Assembly: GCF_006345805.1 (NCBI RefSeq) | Contig: NC_043013.1 | Span: 6,076,001-6,140,000, forward strand | DNA length: 64,000 bases | Direction of reading: 5' to 3' | DNA from: Octopus sinensis | Taxonomy: Eukaryota | In this document: in pieces, positions 49,990 through 62,520 of the stretch | Position numbering within the stretch: position 1 is the first letter of the stretch | How the letters are laid out: every line of letters starts with the position of its first letter | Notes under the pieces: model-generated | The model's database searches: none | What the model saw: only the letters and a program-made list of their open reading frames with translations | What the model was told of the DNA's origin: nothing | Translations under genes and position numbers: made by a program

Positions 49990-50660
49990 GGCAGAATCCT
50001 TAGAACATCAGAAAAATGCTTTGCAGTATTTGTTCTGGTTCTTTTGTGTTCTGTGTTCAATTCCCACTGGGGTCAGTTTAGCCTTTCATTCTTTCTGTGT
50101 CACCAAAATGTAGTAGTCTAGTGGGGGTGAGGTAATGGTATTAACTAACCTCCCCATTCCCCTCAAAACTGTTGGCCTTAAGCCAAAATTGGTAATGACA
50201 ATTATTATTATTATTATTAATGATGAGACAGTGAGCTGACAGAATCGTTAGCACACTGGGTGAAATGCTTAGTGACATTTTGTCTGTCCTTAGGTTCTGA
50301 GTTCAAATTCCACCGAGGTCGACTTTGCTTTTCATCCTTTTGGGGTTGATAAATTAAGTACCAGTTGTATACTGGGGTCGATCTAATCAACTGGCCTCCT
50401 CCCCAAAAATGTTGTGCCTTGTGCGTAGAGGAGAGAAGTATTAAGAGGTGGTGAACTGGCAGAATTGTTAGCACATTGGGTGGAATGCTTAGTGGTATTT
50501 CATTGATCTTTACATTCTGAGTTCAAATGCCACCAAGGTCAACTTTGCCTTTCATCTTTTTTGGGCTCAACAAAATATGTGCCATTCAGGCACTGTCAAT
50601 GTAACCAATGAGCCCCCTCCCTCGAAAGAAACAGGCTTTGTACCTATAATAGAAAGGATG
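49990..50660 (+). mobile_element. Three tandem (ATT)n-family SINEs
   Basis: Repeated GTTCAAAT..CTTTCAT motif. Confidence 0.8.
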
Positions 50661-50670
50661 ATTGCAGGAT

Positions 50671-51095
50671 TACTCTTTTACTCTTTTCAGTCATTTGACT
50701 GGCCATGCTGAAGCACCGCCTTTAGTCGAGCAAATCGACTCCAGGACTTATTCTTTGTAAGTCTTGTATTTATTCTATCGATCTTTTTTGCCAAACCACT
50801 GAGTTACAGGGATGTAAACACACTAGCATCAGTTGTCAAGTGATGTTGAGGGGACAAACACAGACACACAAGCATACACACAAGCATACACACACACACA
50901 CACAGAGATATATATATATATATACATATATACAACGGGCTTCTTTCAGTTTCCATCTACCAAATTCACTCACAAAGCTTTGATCGGTCCGAGGCTATAG
51001 TAGAAGACACTTGCCCAAGGTGCCATGCAGTGGGAATGAACCTGGAGCCACGTGGTTGGTAGACAAGCTACTTACCACACAGCCACCCCTACGCC
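50671..51095 (-). mobile_element. Full-length CORE-like SINE
   Basis: Family architecture. Confidence 0.9.
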
Positions 51096-51254
51096 TATAA
51101 AATAAAATGCCAGTCAGATACAAGGGTTGATGTGTTTGGTTAGACCCTCCCCTCAAAATTACTGGTTTTGTGTCTAAGTTGCAAATCACTATTCTGGAAA
51201 AAATAAATTTTGCAAAAAATAAAAAAAACAACAATAAGAAACAATCCAATAAAT

Positions 51255-51670
51255 TGACTTGGACGGAAATTCAACATTTGGAAAAATATCAAATCTCACA
51301 TTTTGAGACAATTCATTTCCAAAATAGCAACAATTTATTGAAGTTCTGGAATTTTCTAAAGCTTGAATGAAAAACTAAATTTAAATGTGGATAAACTCTT
51401 TGACAAAGTACCATTAATTAGATAAACAACCATGAGACGATGCAAATTCCTCAGCTATTTTACAAGACACACAATAAAATAACGAACGATCGCTGATTTT
51501 AAAAAATAGTGACATTAATTGTATGAATGTTTTTGAATAGTTCCATTTGTGTTTTCTTCAGTTCCTGGAACTGTGCAGTTTACTGTGAACAGGCTTTTAG
51601 TGTAATGAATTCTAATTCTAAATGAAAGAAACAGATGTTTGGTTGAACTAATAAAATATGAGCTTTTCAT
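51255..51670 (+). pseudogene. hAT transposase C-terminal (dimerisation-region) remnant
   Basis: LNVDKLFDK and, across a frameshift, FSSVPGT / CEQAFSVMN, resembling the hAT PGT..ER.FS.MN motif. Confidence 0.5.
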
Positions 51671-52480
51671 ATATTTCAGCTTATGAGATAATTGTTTAGA
51701 GTTTTCTCTTTTTTTTTCCTCCAAGAAAACAAACAGACTTCAAACTTGAAAAATATTTATCATCATCACCATCATCACCATCATCACCATCATCATCATC
51801 ATCAATGCGACCACTACCATCACTATCACTATCATCACCACCCCATCATCATCATAATTATCATCATCTTCATCATCATCAATGCCACCACCACCATCAC
51901 TATCACCATCATCATCATTGTCATCACCACCACCACCATCATTAACATCATCATCATCATTATTACTCTATTGATTAACATCTGCTTTTCTATACTTATA
52001 TGTGATAGACAGAATGTGTTGAGGCAGGTCTACTATGACTGGATACCCTTCCTGTGGCCAACCTGTGCCTATTTCATTTACAACCATCACATGATGTCAA
52101 GGCAAGGACCCCCCCCCACACACACACACTGAGTTTCTTTCAGTTTCCTTCTACCAAATCCACTTACAAGGCTTTGGTTGGTCTGGGGCTATAGTAGAAG
52201 ACACTTAGCCCAAAATGGTTATGGAGTGGGACTGAACCCAATATGTCATAACTAGAAGACATGTTTCTTAACCCCACAGTCACACTTGTGTCTATAAATG
52301 TACCATCATCATCATCATCATCATCATTTAGCATCTGTTGTCCTCTTTGATATTGGTTAGATGGTTTGACAGGAGTTGGCAAGCTGGAGAGCTTCACCAG
52401 GTTGCTACAGCTGGTTCCTGTTCCTAATGCCAATACATTACAGAGTGTATTGCATGCTCTTTATGTGGCACCATCATCAA

Positions 52481-52890
52481 AGGCGCAGGAGTGGCTGTGT
52501 GGTAAGTAGCTTGTTTACCAACCACATGGTCCCAGGTTCAGTCCCACTGCATGGCACCTTGGGCAAGTGTCTTCTACTATAGCCTCTGGCCGACCAATGC
52601 CTTGTGAGTGGATTTGGTAGACGGAAACTGAAAGAAGCCCGTCGTATATATGTATATATTATATGCGTGTGTGTGTGTCTGTGTTTGTCCCCCTAGCATT
52701 GCTTGACAACCGATGCTGGTGTGTTTATGTCCCCGTTACTTAGCGGTTTGGCAAAAGAGACCGATAGAATAAGTACTGGGCTTAGAAAAGAATAAGTCCC
52801 GGGGTCGAGTTGCTCGATTAAAGGTGGTACTCCAGCATGGCCGCAGTCAAATGACTGAAACAAGTAAAAGAGTAAAAGAGTAAAGAGTAA
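52481..52890 (+). mobile_element. Full-length CORE-like SINE
   Basis: Family architecture. Confidence 0.9.
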
Positions 52891-53000
52891 AGCCTTCGAT
52901 GTGGCACCAGCACCAGTGCTGGTTACATGGCACTGGTAGTGACAGGGTCACATGTACCTTGCAAGATAAAAGCCCCTCACTTGGGAGAAGGGGAAAGGGA

Positions 53001-53657
53001 GGGAAAACGGTGTCTGAAACAGTTGTCATGCTTCAAACGGTTTACAAGGATGCTGCCATGAGCAAAACACAAATTTACAAGTGGTTTATATGCTTTAGGA
53101 ATGGTCACTTGTTACTTGAAGACCAACCTCGTTCTGGATGACTGTCAACCTCCCGAACGAATGAAAATATCATGAAAATTCATGAACTGATCTTGGAGGA
53201 CCATCACTGAACAGTTGGCGAACTTGATATGACAGGTGTGTCCTGGAGCTCCTGCCAAGGAATTTTGAGCGAGGAATTGCAAATGAAAAGAGTTGTACCA
53301 AAATTTGTGCCACGCTTGCTCAAGATCAAAAGCAGTCATGACTGAATGTGTGTCGTGAACTGAAAGAACAGTTGGAAGTTGATCCAGACCTTTTTTTCAA
53401 AGGTCATCACTGGTGATGAAAGCTGGTGCCACAGAATTTGCAGATGTGGAAGAAGTGAAGAAAAAAAAGGATGGTGGCGTTAAAAGGCATCACTTTGCAA
53501 GAGTTCCAGGACTGCTTCAAACAGTGGGAAATGCATCTGGACCGATGCATTGCTTCAAATGGAGAATACTTCGAAGGCGATAAAAGTGTAAACATGTAAA
53601 ATTAAGTGAATAAAATAATATTGCAAAATTCAGGTTTCTTTTGACTACCTCCTCATA
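53001..53657 (+). mobile_element. Internally deleted mariner fossil
   Basis: GKTVSETVVML..IYKWF..LEDQPRSG, KFVPRLL, VITGDESWC joined directly to EFADVEEV..DRCIASNGEYFEGD; TIR-like end TTTCTTTTTGACTACCTCCTCA-TA. Confidence 0.88.
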
Positions 53658-53759
53658 TAGTATGATTGGAAAGAGATTTGACTGCTATTTCTAGCAAATC
53701 AAGCAGCCACATCTAGTCCTGTCCACCCCATCCTTTATCTCTGTCAAATATTTCTGATA

Positions 53760-53820
53760 GGAAGATCTCCCATAGCCAGCCAGCCAACTAGCCAGCCAGC
53801 CAGCCGGCCAGCCAGCCAGC

Positions 53821-53889
<69 letters not shown>

Positions 53890-53890
53890 C
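53760..53890. repeat. (GCCA)n tetranucleotide microsatellite
   Basis: Direct reading. Confidence 0.9.
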
Positions 53891-53973
53891 AGTCAAGTCA
53901 ACCATCAGCTATAATACAGGCTAATCATTGATTGGTGTTGTAGTTACTCTTTCCTTGTTTCTCTGCCATTCAG

Positions 53974-54111
53974 CTGAACTGTGGTATAAATCTGGTGTGG
54001 TGATGCTGTCTGTCCTTTTGTGGTAGACTTGGTGCTTCAGTGCTTCTACCTCGGATGGCTGAGAAGTTTACAGGATTCGACTCCGGCTTGGAGTGGTGTA
54101 GCAGCTCTTTG
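53974..54111 (+). CDS. Candidate exon with ATG at 54055 (MAEKFTGFDSGLEWCSSSL), product unknown
   Basis: Acceptor ttactctttccttgtttctctgccattcag; donor TTG/gtaaac; 19 codons ending in phase 0. Confidence 0.25.
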
Positions 54112-54204
54112 GTAAACTATGCTGGTGTGTGTGAATGCTCATGTTGTATACATAGATACATATAAGGGTTACACACACACACACACATACACACACATAC
54201 ATTC

Positions 54205-54420
54205 ATCATCATCATCATCATCATCGTTTAACGTCCGCTTTCCGCGCTAGCACGGGTTGGACGGTTTGACCGGGTCTGGGAAGCCAGGGGCCGCACCAGG
54301 CTCCAGTCTGAATCTGGCAGAGTTTCTACGGCTGGATGCCCTTCCTAACGCCAACCACTCCGTGAGTGGATTGGGTGCTTTTTACGTGCCACCTGCACAG
54401 GGGCCGGAGGGTCCGGCATC
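54205..54420 (-). mobile_element. Young RTE 3' tail copy
   Basis: (CAT)n-CGTTTAACGTCCGCTTTCC..; CpG-rich. Confidence 0.85.
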
Positions 54421-54449
54421 GTCACGATCGTTCGAGCATTTTAACGTGT

Positions 54450-54845
54450 CAGCGGCATGGACAGGTTCGGGGTACTTGGGGATCCAGGGTATTTGGGGAT
54501 CCGGGGTACTTAGAATGAGTAGGGGGTATGTGGAATGCTGCAGAAAGCAGCCCGGGTCTTTGTACACAGCATTTATCATCACTGAGTAACGTAATTAGGT
54601 AGAGGAAAGAAATACAGATATTCTAGAGTTGAGTTGGGGAGGGGGAGGTCTTGAGGCGGGTAATATAGGAGGGCAACCAGTGGGAAGGTGGGGTAAGGAG
54701 GAACGATGGCAGGAGGGTTGTGTAGGTTCCTAGAAATAAAGACATTCGTTTCGTCACTGAGTAACGTTATTAGGTAGAGGAAAGAATACAGATATTCGAG
54801 AGTTGAGTTGGGGAGAGGGGGGTCAGTTGAGGCGGGTAATATATA
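54450..54845. repeat. Unclassified G-rich element with ~92-bp direct repeats
   Basis: 54576-54667 matches 54751-54842; a 17-bp unit GGGGTACTTGGGGATCC occurs about 2.6 times. Confidence 0.75.
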
Positions 54846-54856
54846 TACATACATAT

Positions 54857-54891
<35 letters not shown>

Positions 54892-55145
54892 TTTATAAAT
54901 ACACTCACACATAATTATAAGTACATGCACATACACACACACACACACACACATTTACTTGTTTGTGTGTGTGTGTATGTGTGTGTAATCTTGTAGGTAT
55001 ATGGATGTATGTCATGGGAATGTATACATACATACATACATACATACATACATACGCCTACATACATTTTTGCTTTGTATGTGCTAGTGTATATATATGT
55101 GTACATGCTTACATATGCATACATACATACACTTGCATATACACT

Positions 55146-55215
<70 letters not shown>

Positions 55216-55421
55216 TAAAATAAATACATATACAAATGCACACCCACACACATATACTTATAAGTATACACACACACACACTTGTCTGGCTTTTTTTTTT
55301 GCCCTTGTTTTTTACTAAACAATTCATTTTATGTAATTGATTTTTTTTTTCTTCTCTTTTTCTTTTTCTATCCCATTTCATTTTCCATTGTTATCATTAA
55401 AAGTACATAACATTATCACAG

Positions 55422-55519
55422 AATGTTCTGGAATTTTGCTATTGATAATGTCGGGTTTTGAAAACCATTATCGAATGCTTGACATAGAAATCCCATTTAA
55501 GTTTACATTTATCGCACCA
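55422..55519 (+). CDS. Best candidate exon (..CSGILLLIMSGFENHYRMLDIEIPFKFTFIAP), product unknown
   Basis: Pyrimidine-rich upstream, acag/ acceptor, consensus donor CCA/gtaagt, one open frame ending in phase 0, CpG-rich flank. Confidence 0.35.
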
Positions 55520-55861
55520 GTAAGTCACTAAGTAGTTAACGTTTTGGACAAGTGACCCGAGGTCAAACGGGTTGAAAATATTTTTTGTGCCGTTTGATTT
55601 TTGATTCTTTCGGAAATGTGTAACGCTCGTTTGTTTAATGTCTGCTAACCTAATTGAAGCTGCTACAATCTGGTGGAATTGTTACAGCATCAGAAGAAAA
55701 AAAAACAAAACACAACTGGTGCTACTTGTTCTAGCTCCAACCCTGCTGAGTGTGAAGGCACATAGCTTAGTGGTTAGGGTGTTCGGCTCTCAATTATAAG
55801 ATTGTGAGTTCAATATCCTGCTGGCTCGGTATGTCCTTGAGAGTATGATACTAGTTCATAT

Positions 55862-57420
55862 TGCTGGCAGAATCATTAGCACACGTGGCAAAAAGCTTAG
55901 CGGTATTTCATCTGTCTTTATGTTCTGAGTTCAAATTCTGCCGAAGTTGACTTTGCTTTTCATTCTTTTGGGGGTCAATAAACTAAGTACCTGTTACGCA
56001 CTGGGGTCGATGTAATTGACTATCCGCCTCCCCCAAATTTCAGGCCTTGTGCCTATAATAGAAAGGTTTATTATTATTATTATTATTATTATATTATTAT
56101 TATTATCATTGTTGTTGTTGTTATTATTATTGGTGAGCTGGCAAAATTGTTAGCATGCCAGACGAAATGCTTAGTGGTATTTCGTCTGTCTTTTCATTCT
56201 GAGTTCAAATTCTACCGAGGTTGACTTTGCCTTTCACCCTTTCAGGGTTGATAAATTAAGTACTAGTTGCGTACTGGAGGTCAATCTAACCGACTGCCCC
56301 CCACCCCCTCCCACCAAATTTCAAGCCTTGTGCCTATAGTAGACAGGACTATTTCATGTTGCCCCAGTTGACTCAGCTGTCAAAAATGAGTAGTACCCGT
56401 AATTCAATGGTTTAGCCTTCTCACATTTGGTGTGTCACACTGAATCTCCCTGAGAACTACGTGAAAGGTGTGTGTGTCTGCACGTTGTTTTCAAGAGTTG
56501 GCTGTACCATTGATTGGACCAGCTGGAGCACTTGTTTACATAACCAACAGAGTACCAGTAAAATCCTGCTGAGTTCAACTTTGGTAATTTTGGAGTTGAT
56601 AAAATTAAGTACCAGACAAGTACTGGGTTGGTAATGTCCCCTAAAAAAATTATTAGCCTTGTGCCTTGACAGACTTGATGGAACATTGGACAAAAAGATT
56701 AGCAGCAATTCTTCTGGCTTTTTATGTTCTGGTTTCAAATCCTGCTGAGGTTAACTTTACTTTTCATCCTTGTGGGACTGATAAGATAAAGTTCCTGCCT
56801 ACCGTTGCTGGCATTGACTAACCCCTTCTTTTAAAATTGCTCGCCTTGTGCCTTGGTATAATTGGTGGCGCTTCAGGCAAAATGCTTTGCAGTATTTCAC
56901 AGCTCTTTATGTCTTAGAATGTCTTGATTTCAAATCCAGTCAGAGTCAAATTTGCTTTTATCCTTCTGGGGTTTATAATACAAAGCTCGAGTCAAGTATT
57001 TGGGTTGCTGACATCAGCTAATCCCTTTCCTTAAAACTGTTGGCCTTGTGCATTACAGAGTTGGTGGAGCATTGGACAAAATGGCTAGTGCTATTTCTTT
57101 CTGTTTTTTATGTTCAGGTTTCAAATCTTGCTGGGGTCAGTTTTGCTTTTCATCCCTCTGGATTTGATAGGATAAATTTATTGTCAGGTACTGGGATTGC
57201 TGACATCAAATAACCCCTTCCTTTAAAATTACTAGCCTTGTGCCTTGGCAGAATTGGTGGAGTATCGGGCGAAATGACTCGTGCTATTTCTTATAGCTCT
57301 TTACAATCTAGTTTCAGATTCTGCTTGGGTCAGCTTTACTTTTATTCCTCAGGGGTCGGTACAGGGATTGTTGTCATTAATCAACCTCTTCCTTTGATGG
57401 CAGGAGTGGTAATGATATAG
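55862..57420 (+). mobile_element. Tandem run of about seven (ATT)n-family SINE units, the last ~5 tail-less with a ~185-bp period
   Basis: CCTTGTG..TTCAAATC..CTTTTCATCC recurs regularly. Confidence 0.75.
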
Positions 57421-57599
57421 GTGGGCAATTGTGATGGTAGTAGTGGAAGAATCAATTAAATTCCCATCTGCCTCTCCAACTAAATTTTTTGGCTCCATGC
57501 CAAATTTAGAAATTATTATTTTCTAATGAATGAGAATTAAAAACATGTGATCCCTACTTCTTTATATTGTGAGGAGAGACAAGATTGAAGGCAAACTGC

Positions 57600-57651
<52 letters not shown>

Positions 57652-57829
57652 GTTATTGTTATCATTATTTTCAAGTGGATATTTTGTTTTTTTTTTGTTA
57701 GCAAGTAATGTGAGTTGCATAGCAAAATTCCCCGTATTTCTGGCACCGAACTTGTCAGAAGGGATAATGTGTAGTGTGTACAGGTGTTATACATTCACCA
57801 TTCCATTTTACCTTTACATAAGTAGGGAA

Positions 57830-58053
57830 TGGCAAGGAGAGGGAAGAGGGGTGGGGAAATGGAATAAAGAAGAAGGAAACAGTCATAGAATAAACTGAAA
57901 AAATATAGGAATAGATATGAGAATAACTATGGGTAGAGAGGGAGGAGGGGGATGATGGAGAATAAGAAGAGAAATAGGGAAGGGGAGAGGGGGAGAGAGA
58001 GAATGTGAAGAGAAAGATAGAAAAATAAAGACACTGATGAAATGCAAAAGAAG

Positions 58054-58093
<40 letters not shown>

Positions 58094-58289
58094 GAGAAAG
58101 ACAGTCACTAAGAAAAGGACATGAGAGGTTCAGAGAAGGAGGAAGAGAGAGGACAGAGAGTTTAAAAGAAAATAAGAAAGATAGAAAGAAAGAGAGAGAG
58201 AGAGAGAGGGGGGAGGAAGGAGAGTTACAAAGAAAGGATAAGAGAGTGGAAAAAGAGTAAAAAAAATATGACAAGTCTGACAGACAGAT

Positions 58290-58320
<31 letters not shown>

Positions 58321-58370
58321 AACAGAGAAATAGGTGAAAAGAGAAAGAGGGAGAGAGAAACAAATAGGTG

Positions 58371-58420
<50 letters not shown>
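57830..58420. repeat. Polypurine (GA)-rich tract
   Basis: About 590 bp of mostly G/A on the plus strand. Confidence 0.9.
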
Positions 58421-58421
<1 letters not shown>

Positions 58422-58774
58422 GTGTGTCGGGGCAGAGGTGGTGGTGGATGGGGAGTGTGGAGAAAAATGTTGACTTTATAAAAATAGCCAAAACATAATC
58501 AATAATGTTACAGTCAAGGTAATTGTAGTGATGGTGGTGTTGGTGATGGTTCCAACTCAGTGACCTGTTGTTAGGTTGGGTGAACATATTCACTCCATTA
58601 TTTCCTCTCCGATTCTCTGGCCTCAATTTACCAAAATATTTCCTAAGAAACTGATGCTCTGTTTTTCCTTTCGGGTTATTTCTTTTCCTGCGTCATTTAT
58701 ATAAATATTCCAGATGCTCACATGTAAATTATGAGGAATTATTTAAATTCGTTATGATTGTTATTGCTGCTAAA

Positions 58775-59252
58775 GCAGTGGGTTGTTGGAATCGTTTGAG
58801 CATCCAACAAAATACCTTCGTATTTATTTCGTTACAGTCCTTTACGTTCTGAGTTCAAATCCTCTCTAGATTGACTTTACCTTTCATATACCCAGGATTG
58901 ATAAAACAAAGAACTAATTTGGTTCTGGGATTGATTTAATTAAGTTTTCCCTCCCCGAAAATTTCAGGCCTTTTTCTGCTTCCAGTAGAAAGGATCATCA
59001 TCATCATCATCATCATCATCATCGTCATCATTAAGGTGCTGAGTTGGCAGAATTGTTAGCATGCTGGGTAAAATGCTTAGCAGTATTTTGTCCGTTGTCT
59101 TTAACGTTTGTTCTGAGTTCAAATTCCACCAAGGTTGTCTTTGCCTTTCTTCCTTTTGGGGTTGATAAAATAAGTACCAGTTGAGTACTGGGGTCGATGT
59201 AATTGACTTGCCCCCTCTGCCAAACTTACTAATCCTGTGACAAAATTTGAAA

Positions 59253-59308
<56 letters not shown>

Positions 59309-59777
59309 GAGTGAGAGAGCAGTGCTTGCTGTCAAAGTGACACTGGGGTAAAATATACGAAGCCCAGTATATCCACCATGACTACCCATCTGATAAGGGT
59401 ACACCAGGCACATGCATCACAACCATGTGCGCGATATGGTGATCTCATTTCAAGATAAACAGCACATGACCTTGCAGGTGGGGCCCAGTTAGAATTTTCT
59501 TCTGGTTGAGTAGCCTATACCGCTCAAAAGGTCCCTGAATAAGGGTTGTTTAAGGATGTTGAACAAACCACCCATGTTGCCAAAGGTGAATTATCCAAAC
59601 CTCTAAGAATTCCTTTCAACACATGGCTATGATGCTCCCCCATTACTTCTGCTCATGATCAGAGATGCACATATTGTCAACCACTAAGGGACATGGACAA
59701 CTGGTTAAGGTCAAACAACTGACAAGCAAATCTGTGATATTGAGCAGAATATTTGCTGTAGCCCATCTTTTATACCA

Positions 59778-59816
<39 letters not shown>

Positions 59817-60275
59817 GGTGGTGAGCTGGCAGAGTCGTTAACACGCTGGCCAAAATGCTTAGCGGTATTTCGTCTGTTGTTACATTCTGGGTTCAAATTC
59901 CACCGAGATCGACTCTGCCTTTCATCCTTTCAGGGTTGATAAACTAAGTACCAGTGAGACACTGGGGTTGTTGTAACCGACTTATCCCTTCCTGCAAAAT
60001 GGCTGCCCTTGTGACAAAATTTGAAACCATTATTATTATTATTATTATTATCATTTAGGCATCAAGCTGACAGAATAGTTAGCATGTTGGACAAAGTGCT
60101 TAGTAACATTTTTTCCATCTCTTTACATTCTAAGTTCAAATTCTGCTAAGGCCAACTTAGCGTTTCATCTTTTTGGGGTTGATAAAGAAAGTACCAGTTA
60201 AGCACTGGGGTCAATGTAATTGACTTCCTGCCTCCCTTGAACTTGCTGGCCTGGTGCCAAAATTTGAAACCATTA
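58775..60275 (+). mobile_element. Four (ATT)n-family SINEs surrounding an unclassified insert
   Basis: Copies near 58775, 59035, 59815 and 60055. Confidence 0.8.
59309..59778 (-). mobile_element. Unclassified ~470-bp retroposon-like repeat inserted in (ATT)n
   Basis: Flanked on both sides by (ATT)n; second partial copy at 5147-5318; no tRNA boxes or TIRs seen. Confidence 0.65.
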
Positions 60276-61299
60276 TTATTATTGTTGTTGTTGTTGTTGC
60301 TTACTGTAAGTATCATGTTCCACTTAGCAGATATTTAATTTCTGGATTAATAGAAAAAAAACCCAACTTTCTTTTGTTTTGTTTTAATAAAGGGCTTTAG
60401 AATACCTGAACAGCTGCCTTATTACCCTGGAATAGGAAAGAAGCTTTGACCTTAGATATTTTTTATTGTATATTCACACTTTTCCAATCAGCAGTTTTGC
60501 TTCATTTGTTTGTGGTTCAATATGGCTACTTCTGGGGAAGCTTGAGACGTGTTAGCCACAAAGATGGCAAAAGCATATATCATACAGCATATTTTTGAAA
60601 ACTGAAAATTCAAGAGCAGGTTTACAAATGGGAGATAAACCCAATCAGTGACAAACTGAGAAGCAAAAATACAAGCTTAACTCTTAACTTCTTGTATGAC
60701 TCAGTACTTCATTGCATTGGTCAACCAGTCCTGAAATGCATAATATCACAAAGGATTATTCTAACCTTGTTTACGTTAATTTTAGAAGAAATTAGGAACT
60801 CTCCAATGTAAAAGAGAAAACTCTAACCATTCTTCTGTCATTCATTTTTGTGTTGTGACAATCATTACTGGATGTTAAAAGTTAAATGACAACAGCAAAA
60901 GTATCAACAACAACAACAACAGTACTGCATTATTTGAAACTGTTGTGGGTCATATATGAATCAGCTGGTGTAAAAGGAGAAGCTATGTTACAAAAGTCAG
61001 TGCCTCCTTTCCTGATGAATTTTTCCAGTAAAGGGATGTTGAAGATGACACCTGTTTTTTTTTTTTTTTTTTAAATACAATGGGATTTTCCTATGTCTAT
61101 CAGAATGAAGTTAAAAGATGCTCTGACTTATGTCTGAAAGGATGTATGTTCCATGAAACAAGATAGAAAAGATGGAATTGAGTGTATGGTCTCTAAAACA
61201 AGAGCTGGGTAAGGACAGAGGTTAAAGGTGGTGTGCCTCACACCTTTCCCAAAACTGATGTTTGAGAACAAGGGGGGAAAAAAAGAATACATGAGTTAT

Positions 61300-62520
61300 A
61301 CAGTCAGACTTGTTATGGATGTTGACCCCCATGGTCTTTCATGGCTATTCAGATGCTACAGTCATTCTTTTGATTAGTCTTGTTTTGTGATTCCTTTACT
61401 GTCCATACTTCTCCCTAGAAGTCTTTTACTTATCTTAATGTTAGAGCTGCAAGTATTTCTATTTTACTTTGAGCTAGTCGTTGATAAAAATTGTTTCGGG
61501 TTAGAGTTGAATTGCTTGTTTCATTCAAAGAATCATTGTCACTTTTCATTCCAGCAGATGCTTTGTGATTTAGCGAGCATCTCTTGTTTTAGGTTTTCTT
61601 TGATTTCAGGTACTTCTTTGTTATGTTAATTTTCTTTCCTATTTGTTCTTCCTTATTGTTTTCAGTTGTGTCTTTTTGTCATAAATTTCAATAATGATTA
61701 AAGGATATTTTCTTTTGTTTATATATCTTTTGTGTGTGTGATGTGTTGTTTTGTTTGGGTTTTGATATTTCTCTATGAATAGTCCTCAGCATTCACATTC
61801 CATTGCAGCTAATGTAGTTGTTGTATATATTATTTTGTTTAGCCTGGTGATATTGATGTTCATGTCTGTTATCATTTTTTTTCATTAGGCCTCTGATAGC
61901 CAGGTTTGCATTTAAAACATTTTTGTTTCTATTTCACTGTTGTGTTTTATCTTTGAGAGGCACTTTTGTTGGTCCATAGAAAGACCTTTTATTGATTTTA
62001 ATTCTTTATTTGTCTTTAGATTGTCATGTTCAAGATTTCCGTCTTCAAAATTTCCTTTTTTCCTTTGTCATTCCCCTTTACACATAATTTTATTTGTGCT
62101 GCTCAGATTTGGATTTTGTTGGTCAATAACCTGTAGATATCCTTTGGTTTTCTTTTGTTGTGTTGTCATTTACTCTTTACTATGCACATGTTATATCTAT
62201 CTTCATGAGCTTCCTGTCTTTTGTTTGTTATTTTTTTATATATATATTCTTTATCTTTTAGGTATTCAGTTTCAATTTCCAATATTTTCTTTTTAGTTTT
62301 CAGGAAGTATCTACTCAAGTTAGTAAGTCTGTTTGGGTCCAGAATTACTTTAGATCAGGGTTATTTTCTCTCTAAATCTTACACGAGACCATTGTCATAG
62401 TTTCATTTACTTTTTAGAGTATGGCTATAAAGTGGCCTCATGTTCAATAGAAACATATTCCTCTCTTGTTCTCTTCTGTCTTTTTCTGATAGATTTAGGA
62501 GGCAAGAACATCAAAGTCTC
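61300..62520 (-). pseudogene. R4/Dong-clade non-LTR retrotransposon, N-terminal half of the ORF, decayed
   Basis: RTREEYV, I*RENNPD, LDPNRLTNLSRYFLKTKKKILEIE, ITRLNKIIY, KENLKQEMLAKSQ, NKQFNSNPKQF, F*GEVW occur in the order expected upstream of the R4 RT. Confidence 0.75.

Noticed and set aside
61795-61815. LQWNVNA read as an APE endonuclease start
   Set aside because: The flanking motifs in other frames fit the R4/Dong N-terminal region, which has no APE domain; this is a chance match.
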